A stretch of DNA of 60,678 bases, the filler included, from Sphacelaria rigidula (Eukaryota): the NCBI GenBank assembly GCA_964200075.2. It is 5 parts of 5 records of this genome, joined end to end, with 100 filler letters (N's around TTAATTAATTAA, not from the genome) between each part and the next. Parts side by side here need not be neighbours in the genome. Positions count along the whole stretch, not along the records: positions 12,158 to 24,213 come from CAXNAA020004181.1; positions 24,314 to 36,368 come from CAXNAA020004182.1; 3 more parts are not named here. One strand, given 5' to 3'. A model generated the notes under the pieces. The model had not been told where the DNA came from. It searched no databases and worked only from the letters and a program-made list of their open reading frames with translations. Position numbers and translations under genes: made by a program. This document shows positions 12,251 through 24,939 of this stretch, in pieces (within the stretch, counting starts at the first letter, position 1; every line of letters starts with the position of its first letter).

Positions 12251-13865
12251 GAGGGGTGATGTACCACGTACTAACCGTGATGTACGGTACTGACAACCGG
12301 CAACTGACTGTACTGGTACCAGCATCATGCCGGAAAGAGCCGACCACTTTTCACACGCGGCTGGTGTTCACGGTGATTGCACCGCCATCATCGCCGTTAT
12401 GGCGCCCCCGCATTGCTGTACAGCCGGCCGTATGTATGCCTTGAGATGGGCACGATCTGTATTTTGCGCACTGTACTGTGCGGTGTCGAAATACAGAGCC
12501 CGACATATTTGAAGAAACTCTTTTTCGGAGCGAGACTCGCGCTTTCTCTCCGATTTCTCCGATGTCAGCAGAAATGCTTGAATTGTGTTTTGGCACATCA
12601 GTTTTAGATCGAAAGAGGCTCACCTGACACAGATGGGGGTAATTTGAAGTGAAATATAAGATTTTCGCGCGAAGCGCGATCATGGCCGAGCATTTAAAAA
12701 TCGGCACCCGGCAAAAGTTGAGGAACTGCCTGAAATGAGGGGAAGAAGTATGACATGGGACATGTGCTGTTTCACCATTCTGCAGCACCAACACAGTTAC
12801 GCCCACTCTCATGTGCTGTAGCTGTCACTGAGCTGTGGTATGTTCGGACCTTTGCGACGACGGTTTGGTCTCCGCTGGGATTGCGTCAGCTGGCTTACTA
12901 CTCCCACTGCCGTCGTCTTCATAGATAATGAGGAAAATTATGTTTGTCGGCACGCAGTGCTGTCTTCACTATACACAATGCCGTGTGTTGGCTGTTTCGT
13001 CTTCCGTCAAACGAACAAGGCGCTTCCCACACCCATCATTCCTATGCTGTAGTCGTCGCTGTGCCGTTGTGCATTTAAGCACTCTGAGACGAACATGGTG
13101 TGATGTGCGCTGGAGAAGGCCTGAACAGTTGTACTGTTGCATGCCGTGTTTCGGTCTGCTCAGAATTGGGGTGGAATCAAGGTGCTGTACACGAAGTTGA
13201 AACGATGACGTGACGACTGTGCAGCTGTCGGTTGCGTCTTATTTGGTACTTCAGTTGTATTCGGGTGCTGTGATCAGAGAAGACACGCAAGGCGGACGCG
13301 TCAGGTTGGGGCAAACAAACTGAGCCAGCATGGCGCTGCAGTATCTCAAGCGATTGATGGTAGCAGCTGTCTGACTGGCAGCGGCCCAATCTGTGGGCCA
13401 ATCCCAGCTCTTCGACCACTCAATTCCCACTCCATTCTCTCATCTGATTGAACAAAGATCGCCGCATTTTGATATATTGAGAGGCTCTGATTGGTCGGAA
13501 ACTCGTGCCAGTCAAAATTCTTGCCCCCATCTGTGGGCCCTGTGCCTTATTCATACTGAATAGCGGTGCGCCTGTGTTTGGGTAAAAATGTTGTCACCCA
13601 ACATGAGTACGCGTTATTAACATGCAAGCGCGTTCGAACAACCGTTGCTGCTTTCAACGACGATTTAACGTGAAATTTCGTGAAAGAAATGGCCGAAAAT
13701 ATACATACACCCTACTCGTATCGTAGGATGGATCTTACGCTGACAAAAATCGCGTTTCTGGAACAAGTGTACTGTCAATGTCTTACAAGTACTGTAGTGT
13801 ACGGAACCAGCAGTTCAGAGACGTACTGAATTACGGGCACGCTTTCTACGGGAAATCCCGACCCG

Positions 13866-16800
13866 ATGCGCATTATGCAGCTAGGAGGACGGTTTCAGAC
13901 GCAACATTTCGATTTGCTTGACGACTTTCAACTTGGTAAACAATGTGAAGCAGACGCTCAGTCGTGCAGTGCAGCACAGACAACAGTAGACAGTAAATAC
14001 GTTTTACATATATATATATATATATATACAGTATACTGTAGTACGGATACTGTACAACGGCAAAGTGAGGTACGTGGAGGTGCAAAAAGACCAGCGTGAG
14101 CAATCATTACACGGTATGCAATCATTCAAGATCATTCGTACCAGAGCAACTGGGTGACACCAAACCCAGCCTAATGAGTTCTCGAGGAAGGGCAGTTCTC
14201 TCTGCTGTGTGTACGTGTATTCTGGAAACGCTCCAGAACCCCTCTCTTCAGCACGTGCACGCGCATGTCGCGTCATCAAGATAGTACAGGGTATCGTACG
14301 TTACACCGTACAATGATGAAACTCATTATAGGTGTGTTCAACTTAACACCGACCGAGGTTATCACTGATTGCCAAGCCCTTACCTTCGGCAGGCGAAGCA
14401 AAGCGCATGAGCAGTGCTGATAGAATACGCGGGGTCCAAATAGCAAGCACAAGTAGGCTCGAAACTCCGTTTGACCCAGTGTACATGGGGTATACTGACA
14501 TGCGGTCCTACACTATACTACAGTTGTACCGTCTCTGTTACACACGGCTCTGTCGCTCTGTCCGTTGTACAAAGCGTCGTGATTGGAGCGGAGGAATCAC
14601 AGAGCGGGACAATCGATGTCGATTGAAGGCATCTTCACGCTATTTGAGTGAAAGGGGAGGTGCTGCTGCCGTGGGCGTTATGCTCCCTTACTGCTTCTGG
14701 GCGTGTTGCTGGAATCAACCCTCGTCTATGAGAGCGGACGATCATAACCAGTGGGAGAGATTCTGTACGGTACAGTCATACGTCCCCGACGGGAGGGTTC
14801 AGACAGATTGAGTTTGCCCGCACCCATCCCCCATCCATTGCATATGCTTCAACCGCTTCCGTTGGGAAGCAGCACATGCATGTGCACGATGGTATGGGGG
14901 GCCACAACAGTCAGTCCGTACTCTCTGCAGCGTACTTCCCACTCGCTTCGTGCTCCTTTGACTGCGTGAAGTGATGCGGCTAGGGGAACAGTGGCCGAGG
15001 AATTCTTGTTGAAGCCCGACTTGGATCGTGGGCAGCTCGAATACCAGTAAGCCGAAGTGGAACCGACAGCGGCGATCTCTGGTGATCCTCGTGCCGCTTA
15101 TTCAGGTTTGGAAGCCTTTGGGGTTACCATGACTGCGCTTCAAGCGAAAAGATGGAGCTTGGGCTCGATGACCACGTTTCAAGCAAAAAAAGGCCAACTT
15201 CAGGACGTGGCTGAACACGAAGCTATGAGGCAACAGGTACGATACAAATGACGGTACAAGCGTTGTACTGAGTGTGGTGCAAGTGAGACGTACGGGTACA
15301 CGCGTGTATGTGTGTGTACGTGACAATGACTACATGGTTCACCTCACCGATAATTCAATATCCTACATACATGTCACAGCATTCCCAGGCAATTATCAAT
15401 TGCTACCGAGCGCACCAAATTGAGCACGATCGATGACATGGGTACTAAGGGTTGTTATCATCGACGAATAAAAAAATGGGAGAAGGTCTCAAAATTTCGG
15501 CAATCGCCTGAGGCTCATTATTATGTAGATCTACTGTAGTTGCTGTTAGATATTTCATTGCAGATGGTGCTGATCTCGTCGTTTGCTTACCTTCGCCGGC
15601 AAAATAAAGGGCAGATGTATGCTACCTGCCCAGGTATGGCGTTCATAACTGTGGTCAACATCTTTCTCACAACCTCTCTGTGACACGAGGGGGCAGTCGG
15701 ACAGGCTAGGGCGTGATCGACTGGCTGTCTCGGGATGCTGCAGGAGCACACATGAGTAAAAATACTGACTGAAGATTGCCCCGTGCATATATTGCGGTAT
15801 GCTTGCTTTCTGTGAGTTGTATGTACAGATACACTGAATAAAACCACCAGCTAGACACTTTTCAGACGGTGCGGTAGCGTACACTCGTAGGAGCACTGCA
15901 GGCAAGTAGGTAGTTACTGGATTGTTTCTGCTCCTCACTTTGAAAGTGCGTATGTGTGCAAACGACCACCACCGTGCTTGACCCCAACAGCTCCAACACC
16001 GCTGCAGGGGCACACACCGTCTAAGGAGATAGATACCGCCAACCCCCGGTGCTTTTTACTCTACAACATAGCCCAGGGTGTCTCTAGCAAGGTTCCTGAT
16101 GATTCTCGCATGCTTGCGAGCGCCACGGCGTGGAGTATTGCGTTGCGGTCCGAGATATTCGGCGTTCACCGAACGTTAAGGCTTGGCGAAAAAATCTAGC
16201 CGCTTCATTTTTGGAGAACGCCAAGCACAAGGAGCGAAACGCCTAAAATCTCGGCGATCTCCGAAAAAACTGTGTCGATAAGAAGACCCTAGAGCGACAT
16301 TTTGACACAGCGCTCGGTGGCGTGGATACTCGAGACCTCGTTTTGCAGACCGTCATATTCAGACAAACGAATGGCTATATACTGAAGTGTATTATCATCG
16401 CGATTAGGTTGCTGTACGTCACGTCTCCTACTTCAAACGAAAACCAGGTGGAAACTCTGAAGCGAATGGTGGGTCTTCTAGCGGAGGAAAATATGCGGAG
16501 AATGACCTACAGTACCAGCCGACAGCAACAACATGTCGGGGCTAGAACTAACAATAATAAAAATATATCCGCGGAACCGCCACCATTCCCGCCACGGGGT
16601 GATTTCGACGAGATGCGTGAGACCACGCTGGCCGCATTGAAGACGCACGCAGCTCGCAACGGAAAATGGAGACATAACGCCGATGCCGCCGCACGCTGGT
16701 CGGGCGCCCATAAGAGCGATCAAATATCACCGCCGGCTCCTGTAGATATGGCTTCCTCTCCTGTTGTTGCCTCTGGCGATACCATGAGAAGCCTCAAAGA

Positions 16801-19800
16801 TAATGTTGGTTGCCCAAGTGACATTGGGCCAGTGGACGCAACAGGTAACCTGGCAACACTGGTGCAGACGGATAGCGCGAGGAACGACACACTAGGTCCC
16901 CACAGTAGTGGCGGTGATGACGCGCGGCGAGAAACGGGTGATGACGGTGACAGTCGTCGAGGAGAAGGCGCCGAAGACGATGCATGCGAGATAAAAAATG
17001 TGTCCATACATTCATGTCCTTCATCGGAAGGAGTTACCCACAAAAGAGGCAGTGGTGCTGCGTGGCCTGATGCAAGCACGGCGAGGAACCTCGTGAAGAT
17101 TATCGAAGCTCTCCAGAGCGAAGTCAAAAGGTAAGGCGTGATACTGAGTCACTTCGTCAACTCGGAACCAACGGGGGGGGGGGATGGGGTTTCGATGACA
17201 ATGAACTTCATGTTGAGCCTCTTTCTTCCAAGTGAACTTTACCATTCAGCATGTTTTTCTGTGCGCTGCGTGGGTGGTGACCATTGACACTTTCATATCA
17301 ACGTGAAACTGTACAAATTGTGTTCTGTTTTACGCTCAGGCTTCAAGGCGAAAACTCCGTGACCAGCAGGCGAGTGCATGCCGGCAAGAACATTGTAAAG
17401 ACAAACTCCAGGTTATCCTGCGATATTCATGTACTGGTACAATACTGGAAATATTGTATCTTTGAATGGTGGTGATTGTTTCCCCTGGCAATATCAACAA
17501 GTCGATAAAATAAGCTCGCGTCCTCTCCTCGCTCATGTACATGCTCCCAGGCTGCAGGAACAGCAGGCTACCACGAATACCGAGCGTTCATTGTCCGAAG
17601 CACGTGTTAGGAACCTAGAGCGCGAAAGACGGTGAGCTTGTTGCATTGGTACAAAGATCGCACAAGGTCAGCGCTCAGTTTTACGTGATCTGCTGAAATC
17701 ATTGACATTAGCGTGGTACCACTTTTCAACCACAGCGCGAACTTGCGCTTAAAATAAATGATGTGTGGTATTTCCTTCAGCTTTGGTAGACGCGGGGCTA
17801 CCCGGGAGACAACCTAGACGAAGACCTCGGCGTTGCGAAAGACCGGAGGTACCGCAGCAGCGACGGTTGTCGTAAGCTCTTGCGTACTGAAGCCTGCTTA
17901 CAGTTTGTAATATTTGCCAAGGTATCCAAACACGACGAATGCGAATAGAAGTAAGAGTGCATGAGATGTCCCACAAAAGTCCGCACAAGCATTGTTTAGA
18001 TAGCTAGGTCTCATGAACGAACAATGGGCGATGATAGCAATGCTGCTTGTCCACGGCATGTTCCCCGTTGCGCGTAGATCCGTCGTAGCGGAACTCGAGC
18101 AAGTGAAAGCGTCGGATGCTGCGCAGAGAGCGGAGAGTGCGGATGTCGCGAGGTACGCGTCGCGGTCAACCGTGCGTGGGTTCCAGCAACAAATTATTTT
18201 TGCTGTCCATCTCTCATTTCACCACCGTATTTCATCATACGGTGAGGCTGTTATATTCGGCTCAAGTACATCAAATACTGTGCAAACACCCGATGCTGTT
18301 GACTATTGGCTCAATCATCTGCCGTGAACAAAATTACCGCCATGTACAAAACGGAGGACCCATGCACACATTAATCAACATTGAAACTCAGCAATATTGA
18401 CGCAGGGGCATGGTATTTATGCTGACTCACAAGTGCGTCCGCCTCTGGAAACACTGCATAGATGTTTTGTTGAGGTGAACTGTCTATTCATAAGTACTAA
18501 ATTCAGGATGACACCCTCCGCTCCACCCGCACTCCTATACCCGCCCGCCCGCCCGCCCGCCCGCCCGCCCGCCCGCCCACCCGCCCGCCCTTCAAACTAG
18601 GTACTGCAAAGAGCAAGATGCGATACTACGACTACGGATGGCGGAAGTCCTAGAGCGAGAAAAAGACGCGGATGCGAAAACCGCAGCCGCGACGATGTTA
18701 CAGACCATATCGAACGAGTCCCAACGAGAACTTCACAATTGCCAGCAGGAATTGGCGAGGTAAAAATAACGTGTACGGTCGTCGCGTATCGACTCCTGCA
18801 GGTGCTGCGGTGGACGGGTGCTGCGGACTGTCGTAGGGGGTGTCGTTTCTGGGAGTGCCACAACTAGTGGTTTCGGGTGGAGCACTAAATGTGCGTTGGA
18901 ATGGATTTGATGCTCTTTAAAACGATCGGATCGGTATCTGCGTTTTGTGATTTACGCGATCAGATAGATGATTGGGTGCACTCTAAAATGGTCGCTGGAG
19001 TCGACAGTTTCTCAGTTCATGATGACTTGTTGTGTGGTGGGTTGCTCTACGTGACGGCTACGAAAAAAGGGTGGGTAAACAGCGACATGTAGAGGATTTT
19101 GATTGCGGCTCAAGAGGCTTCTTTGAAGTTGGCTGTGGCTTGTACGTGTCACATGATTCAGTCACAGTCTGAAGAACATACCAAAGAAACGGCAATAGTC
19201 CTTTCTGGTATGTGGAACGAAGCTTTCCGAGTAGAGGAGAAAGCAACAAAGATAGCCACGACCGCAACACAACTCCACGCACTTTAAGGATACAACAGCA
19301 TAGTCCCTGTATACTATCCAACGATAGGACGCGCATGAAGACGTGTTTTCTGCGCATCTTATCCGTGTTTTTTTTCATAACCGACTTACTAAACGCAACA
19401 GGCTTAAACACGAGGCCGGCGAAAGTCGAAAGCTTGCAGATAAGGCCACCTTGGAGCTGGCGACTTGCCGAGCGGAGCTCGAATCGAAGCACGTCGAGTT
19501 CGAAATATCTCTCCGTAAAACCATGCTCATGGTGAAGCAACTGAAGGTGACCCTTTGCTGCAGAATACATTAATGCATTTCGACCAAAAAAGGACGGTAC
19601 CTGTAAAACTCCGAAGGTCACAAATGCCCACGTTTGACCCAAAGTACTTGCGCAGTTTCTCCAGCGAGCACAGGGCCTTTCGAGTTGTATTTCCAGGGGT
19701 ACATATTCGAAGCGTGGAAAATTGTGTGCATGGGGAGGGAAACGTAGTTTCGGTTCTGACAAAGATGGCAACGACATTGTGCGCGACTCCTGACCGTGTG

Positions 19801-20975
19801 CTTGATAGATTGGTACGGGGCTGAGCTGTCGTATGAAACACATATCGACAATTATTCTTGGCCAAAGCTCAACAATGGCTGCAAGGCGGGCGAGATAGAA
19901 CAAAGTTGTCTCGCAATGTCGGCATGGGTCTGTTAGCAAGACGCTCTCGTTGCTGAACCCGTAAAATGATCGACGTACGAGAAAAAACATCGCAGCTGCA
20001 TGTACCGCCACCCAGAAAAAGTTCCACGGCTTTTCATTTTGTATGCTTTGTCGCTTTTCCATGCTTTGTGTCCCCTTGTCGCAACAGGCAGAGCTTACCA
20101 AAAAGGTCAAGATGGAGTTGAAGCAGCAGGCCGCGCTAGCCGCAACATCACGAAACTCCGATCGCGCGCCATCGCCCCGCAGTGCCAGTCCTAGCCGTGG
20201 CAACACCAGTTGTGAGCACAAAATATCTCAAAATGTCTGTCGCAGGCGAGAGACGTCGCCGCTCTTTCGTTTCTGCTGAATACATTCGGTCAGAGAATTC
20301 AAGGGTTGCGCGTTAAGGCTCTAGTCTGACACGAGTCAGAGCGCTGCACGGAAGATGTGCGACGCCATTGTTTTTTGCTGCCTAAATAATGCCGGCTCGA
20401 ACGAAACTTATACAGGTTCTGTTTGAGTGCTATTGCGAACGAGAAGTACCTTCGCAATTGAGTTTTACTCCCACCAGGAGTTGCGGTGTGTATCCCCGTT
20501 GCTGACAACACCCCCCAATACTATATGAATAATGATATGCCTAGACGGCCATTTGAGTATGAGTATTGACATCTTCTGTTGTTGCCAACGCGCGACAGGG
20601 AGGGGCATCGCCCTCGTCAGCAACAGCATCGCCACCGATGGCAAGGCAACCGCTTCAGGCCGCAGCGCCATGGACACCATCACCAGCAGTTGCACGCGCT
20701 CCAGTCGCTACTCCACGGAGACAGGCCAAATCGCCTTCGTCGATCGATCTCGTGATCCTCGCACGCGGCCGTCTGCGGTCAATGAAATTGACCGAAGTTT
20801 GTCGCCGAGCAAATCGGACATGGAATGTGGCAATAGCGAAGACAAGGTGAGGAGGAAGACCGCGGTAGTGTCACCGCTGAGGCCTGGGAGGATGGTGCAG
20901 GTCAGCGGGCCACCAATTCCGTCGTTTCCCACGGAGGAGGAACATAAACCGGTGAGGGGTAAGAGTAAGAGGTGA
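13866..20975 (+). CDS. Uncharacterised coiled-coil protein, 10-exon model (~634 aa)
   Basis: Phase-consistent GT-AG exons: 13866-13935, 14393-14452, 15106-15236, 16448-17130, 17551-17631, 18078-18152, 18601-18759, 19402-19546, 20088-20211, 20599-20975 (1905 nt). The central exons give continuous E/K/R/L/A-rich helical sequence (IEALQSEVKRLQEQQ...RVRNLERERRSVVAELEQVK...RAELESKHVEFE) flanked by low-complexity S/R/D-rich segments. The first two exons and the 3' end are less certain. Confidence 0.7.
18540..18590 (+). repeat. (CCCG)n microsatellite just upstream of a splice acceptor
   Basis: ccgcccgcccgcccgccc... ending ~10 nt before the acceptor at 18600. Confidence 0.9.
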
Positions 20976-22489
20976 GGGGAATCATCAGAGTCATCGTCCA
21001 AAACCGAAGCTGCAATGAGGTAGATATGAACAAATTTTTGTGTTCAATAAAGATGAAAACACACAATGAGAAATTAACGCCTGGCTCGCGTAGTGTTGCG
21101 GGTTAATTTATCAAGTATCGTCATCATCCGATCGGCCGTTCTTCCACGTTTTTGTTGACGTACATGTATTGAGTTTGGTACTGAAATTTGGAAATGAGAA
21201 CATTTTTTGTGCACTGCACACAAATCGTCCTCGCGTATACGAAGGTGCATGCTAATCACCATGCGGATCGTGTGGTTAAGAAAGGCGCGCACGAACGACG
21301 GAGACGTCTCTTGTTTTTTTCTCAATTTCCCAACATTGAGGGTACAATGATTCAATGAAATTCAGTGGTCTGCGGGAGTGCTGTGAATCATAATCCACTG
21401 CTCGATGAGACGATATCAGGCAGGTAACAAGTGAAAGAAAGGTGGATTTCTATAAACTACGGGTTTGTCCCGAGGATGCGTGTGTGTATAAACATACGAT
21501 GAAAAATGAAAGGGGGGGTGGGTGGGTGCGTGGGTTGGGGGGGGGTACAACAACTCCTAGTAAGAGCCACGTGAATGGACAGCGTCTTGGCAGTAGCAGG
21601 AGCAACCTTGTGCCAGTTACGTCGGCTAAGAATGCAACATACATGCTAACACTGAGGGCATCCGAGAGCGGAAGTGCTCAGCAGGAAAAATGCAAGAAGC
21701 AAGCAATCATCACTGTCGAAGAATCACGCAGTATAGTGCCAACGTCCAGCTGAAGTATTCTAGAAGAAGCAACAGCCCCAGTTATATTATGGAACGTCAT
21801 CGAGTTTTCATCGCAGTGATTACCAACGTTTCGGAAGTGCGGCCAGGCATCGGCTCCTCCGCAGTACCTTGGATAATCGAAGTGCCGTAGACAGAAAGTG
21901 CTGGTGCGAAAAAACAAACGATATCGTGTAGGAAAAGAAAAAAAAAATCACTCTTTAGTCACGGTCTGATACTGTCTACCACAGCGAGCAACATCGTTAC
22001 CACATGACCTCATTGCCATATGTCCTGCACATGTTTTACTGCTCCTTGGATACTTTCGTGTCTTCTTCTCACCCAACACGGCACGCGGCAGCAACGATGC
22101 GTGTGACTATATCAACACCACTGCGTTTCGCACAGTGCCAATTCCGAAAAAATACGCGAAAAATATAGACCACTCACGTGACTGACAACGTAGCAGCTCC
22201 GCAGAAGAAGCAGCCCCAACCACACACCGAAAATCACCCACTCAGGGAAATAACTCGTCTTATGCTCCTACTGACCACCGTACACGTTGTAACTATTTGA
22301 GACATGGGTGGGACATTTTTTTTTTAATTCCCGAAGCAATAATAGTCAACGATGGACAAAGAACGCCCCCGCGCTCGCTTGACGTCGACTTGGGCGCACC
22401 GCCCTGCTGCGCTACATGCACAGTCGGCCGTTCACTTGAGAACCAAAACAACCGCGGCGGTAGTAGCAGCAGCAGCAACAGCAGTTTTC

Positions 22490-22546
22490 GATGACGATGA
22501 CGATGACGATGACGATGGCGATGGCGACGACGACTATGATGACGAC
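22490..22546 (+). repeat. (GAT/GAC)n trinucleotide tract
   Basis: gatgacgatgacgatgacgatgacgatggcgatggcgacgacgac. Confidence 0.85.
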
Positions 22547-23347
22547 AAGATGAACTGGAGAAAGCGATCGGCGACCCCACGGGCGGTGAATATTGGTGGT
22601 GGCAGAAGACAAAATCACCAACGCCATCAGCATGTTCAACAAGTGCAGAACGAGGAAGCCCTGTCATCCCTGACTCATAAGAGCGACGGGAAATACGGAC
22701 ACGGCAGCAGAATAACCGATGCTACAGGAAGCGGCAACAGCGGCAGTGGTCGTACCACTGCGAGAGCTCACCCCGAAATACTGCTTGTCACGGCCGAAGA
22801 AAAGCGCAAAATGTGAAAAGAAAGGGTAAAGAAACACCATGTTACTTGTAGTTTTTTTTACAACGACCCTGGGTGTTTTCTGTTCCCGCACGGTTCTACA
22901 ACAACGCGATCAAGTGTACTGTGCATGTGTAGGGCCCCCACGATGATGCACCGACGGTATATTTAGGCAGGGCAAAGAGCATTGTTCATGGCATGTAATG
23001 TATTTTGCGAGAGAACGGCCGATCCATATCCTTTACGGATCAGGTTGCACACACAAAGTGTGCACGGGCGTAGGATAGAGATATCCACACCACTGGCTGG
23101 CGTTGACTTTGTGCATGCGTGACAATAAACATAAAGCTGTATCAATGGTAATTAATGATACTGCACGAGATACTGTAGAAGTTAACTGTTGTTCGTACTA
23201 TATTTTCGTGTCCATTTGATAATAATGGGATGTATGTATGCCCTACAGTACGTGCAAAACATGCACACTTTGAAGGAATTTATTACCGCAAACGGCGTTA
23301 GTCTAAGCACATGATAACGCAATTTACGTAAATAATAACATACACGG

Positions 23348-23348
23348 G

Positions 23349-23410
<62 letters not shown>

Positions 23411-23411
23411 G
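23348..23411 (+). repeat. (GTT)n microsatellite
   Basis: About 21 perfect GTT units. Confidence 0.95.
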
Positions 23412-24213
23412 CTAACCAGACAGGAGGACAAAGAGGTATTGCGAGCGTGGCCCTCCGGTACGTCCTTCCGCGGCCTTTTTCTCTCTTTTTTTTTCGTTGA
23501 GAGTTCCAGCTGTTGGCTTTTGGATCAGTGGTGTGAAACGATTCTTTCGCGGCTGATGCTTGTGTTCTGTGTATGATTCCCCTTGCGTTTTGGCGGGACC
23601 ACTTGGAAACACGTGGAGTGTTCACGTTACTGTCCCCAGATGGTGTATCATCACCAGGAGTGCCCGTGCTGTGCGATGTACTGTATATTTTTTTATTCTT
23701 CTGTGTTTGTAGGGGGGGGCGGGGGGTGTACTCATGATCTTGCATGTCATAGTCATATGACCTTTGACCTCACATCCCTACGAAGCCGGGACGAAGCACG
23801 CCGGGTTTTCGCCGGACCATGCTCGCAATCAGTCACCAAACGCCAAGCGTCGCGATGTGTTCGGCGAGTCGCATGAAGGGTGAGCCACATCCTGCGAAGA
23901 TTCTTCGGCCCGAAGAGTACTAATTATCTTGCATTTGCATGACAGCCTCCAATTAGTTGCTTCATTTTTTGGTATCGCTCCTTCCAGAGACAGCCTCAGC
24001 TTATAATGCGTCATGGGTGTCTCTGCATTTTGTGTCTGTGTGGGGGGGGGTTCTTCCAACAACCCCGTCGGGGATCATCGTGTTTTTTCGCTTCATGAAG
24101 CGAGCAGCGCTTGCTGGCGTGAAGCGACCTTCCAGTCCAAACGTTTCTTTCGTTCGGGGAAGGTGGCCGCTTCGAGTCCTCTTAAACATCCGAAGCAACC
24201 ATGGAACAGCAAC

Positions 24214-24313
24214 NNNNNNNNNNNNNNNNNNNNNNNNNNNNNNNNNNNNNNNNNNNNTTAATTAATTAANNNNNNNNNNNNNNNNNNNNNNNNNNNNNNN
24301 NNNNNNNNNNNNN
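24214..24313. other. Artificial contig-joining spacer
   Basis: 44 N + TTAATTAATTAA + 44 N. Confidence 0.98.
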
Positions 24314-24382
24314 AACAGGAACCAAACGCAGCAAAAAAAACAAAAAAAAACAGAAGGAAGGAGGTGGCGGGGGGGGGGGGGG

Positions 24383-24417
<35 letters not shown>

Positions 24418-24939
24418 CTCCGTGTCCGAAAAGCTTCTCCCAACAGACCCTTACAGTAACCCTTTTTATCGTTGAAGAATGACGAAATGACCATTTCACA
24501 CACACAAACACACAGAAAGTGTACTTCCCGCTGGATGGCGTGTCCGCAGTCCATGGGGGTACAGTATGTGTTTGCTGCTGGCTGCAATTTGAGGCGGACG
24601 ATCTTTATTTTGATCGTGAAGGATTTGGCGTTGAGAAGTCTTGTGCCCCCCCTTTTCAGGATAAGCACTGAGTACATACAGTAGGGGGGTAGTGGAAAAG
24701 AACCCGGGTTTCAAATCAGTCTCGTGGGGGAAGGGATTGACGGTGTAGTCACTGTAGAGCTTGAACGACAGCCAACATATACCCGTGTAAAATGTCAAGA
24801 TGCTGTGCACCAAACTATTCCTCTCTGTTTTTTTTTTCTTTTCTGACGGCACTCCTTCTCCCCCTCCTCCTCTTCCTTTGTCATCCCTTCCTTCAACTCC
24901 AACACTATGGTTGATGTGCCCGTCGTCGGGTATGAGAAG

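Noticed and set aside
19058..20221. 387-aa minus-strand ORF, the longest in the track
   Set aside because: It is antisense to two well-supported coiled-coil exons and their introns, and has no recognisable motif or protein-like composition.
22352..22816. 154-aa ORF with a poly-Asp run
   Set aside because: Openness is largely explained by trinucleotide repeats. I found no domain and no convincing splice link to the upstream gene, although a terminal exon cannot be excluded.
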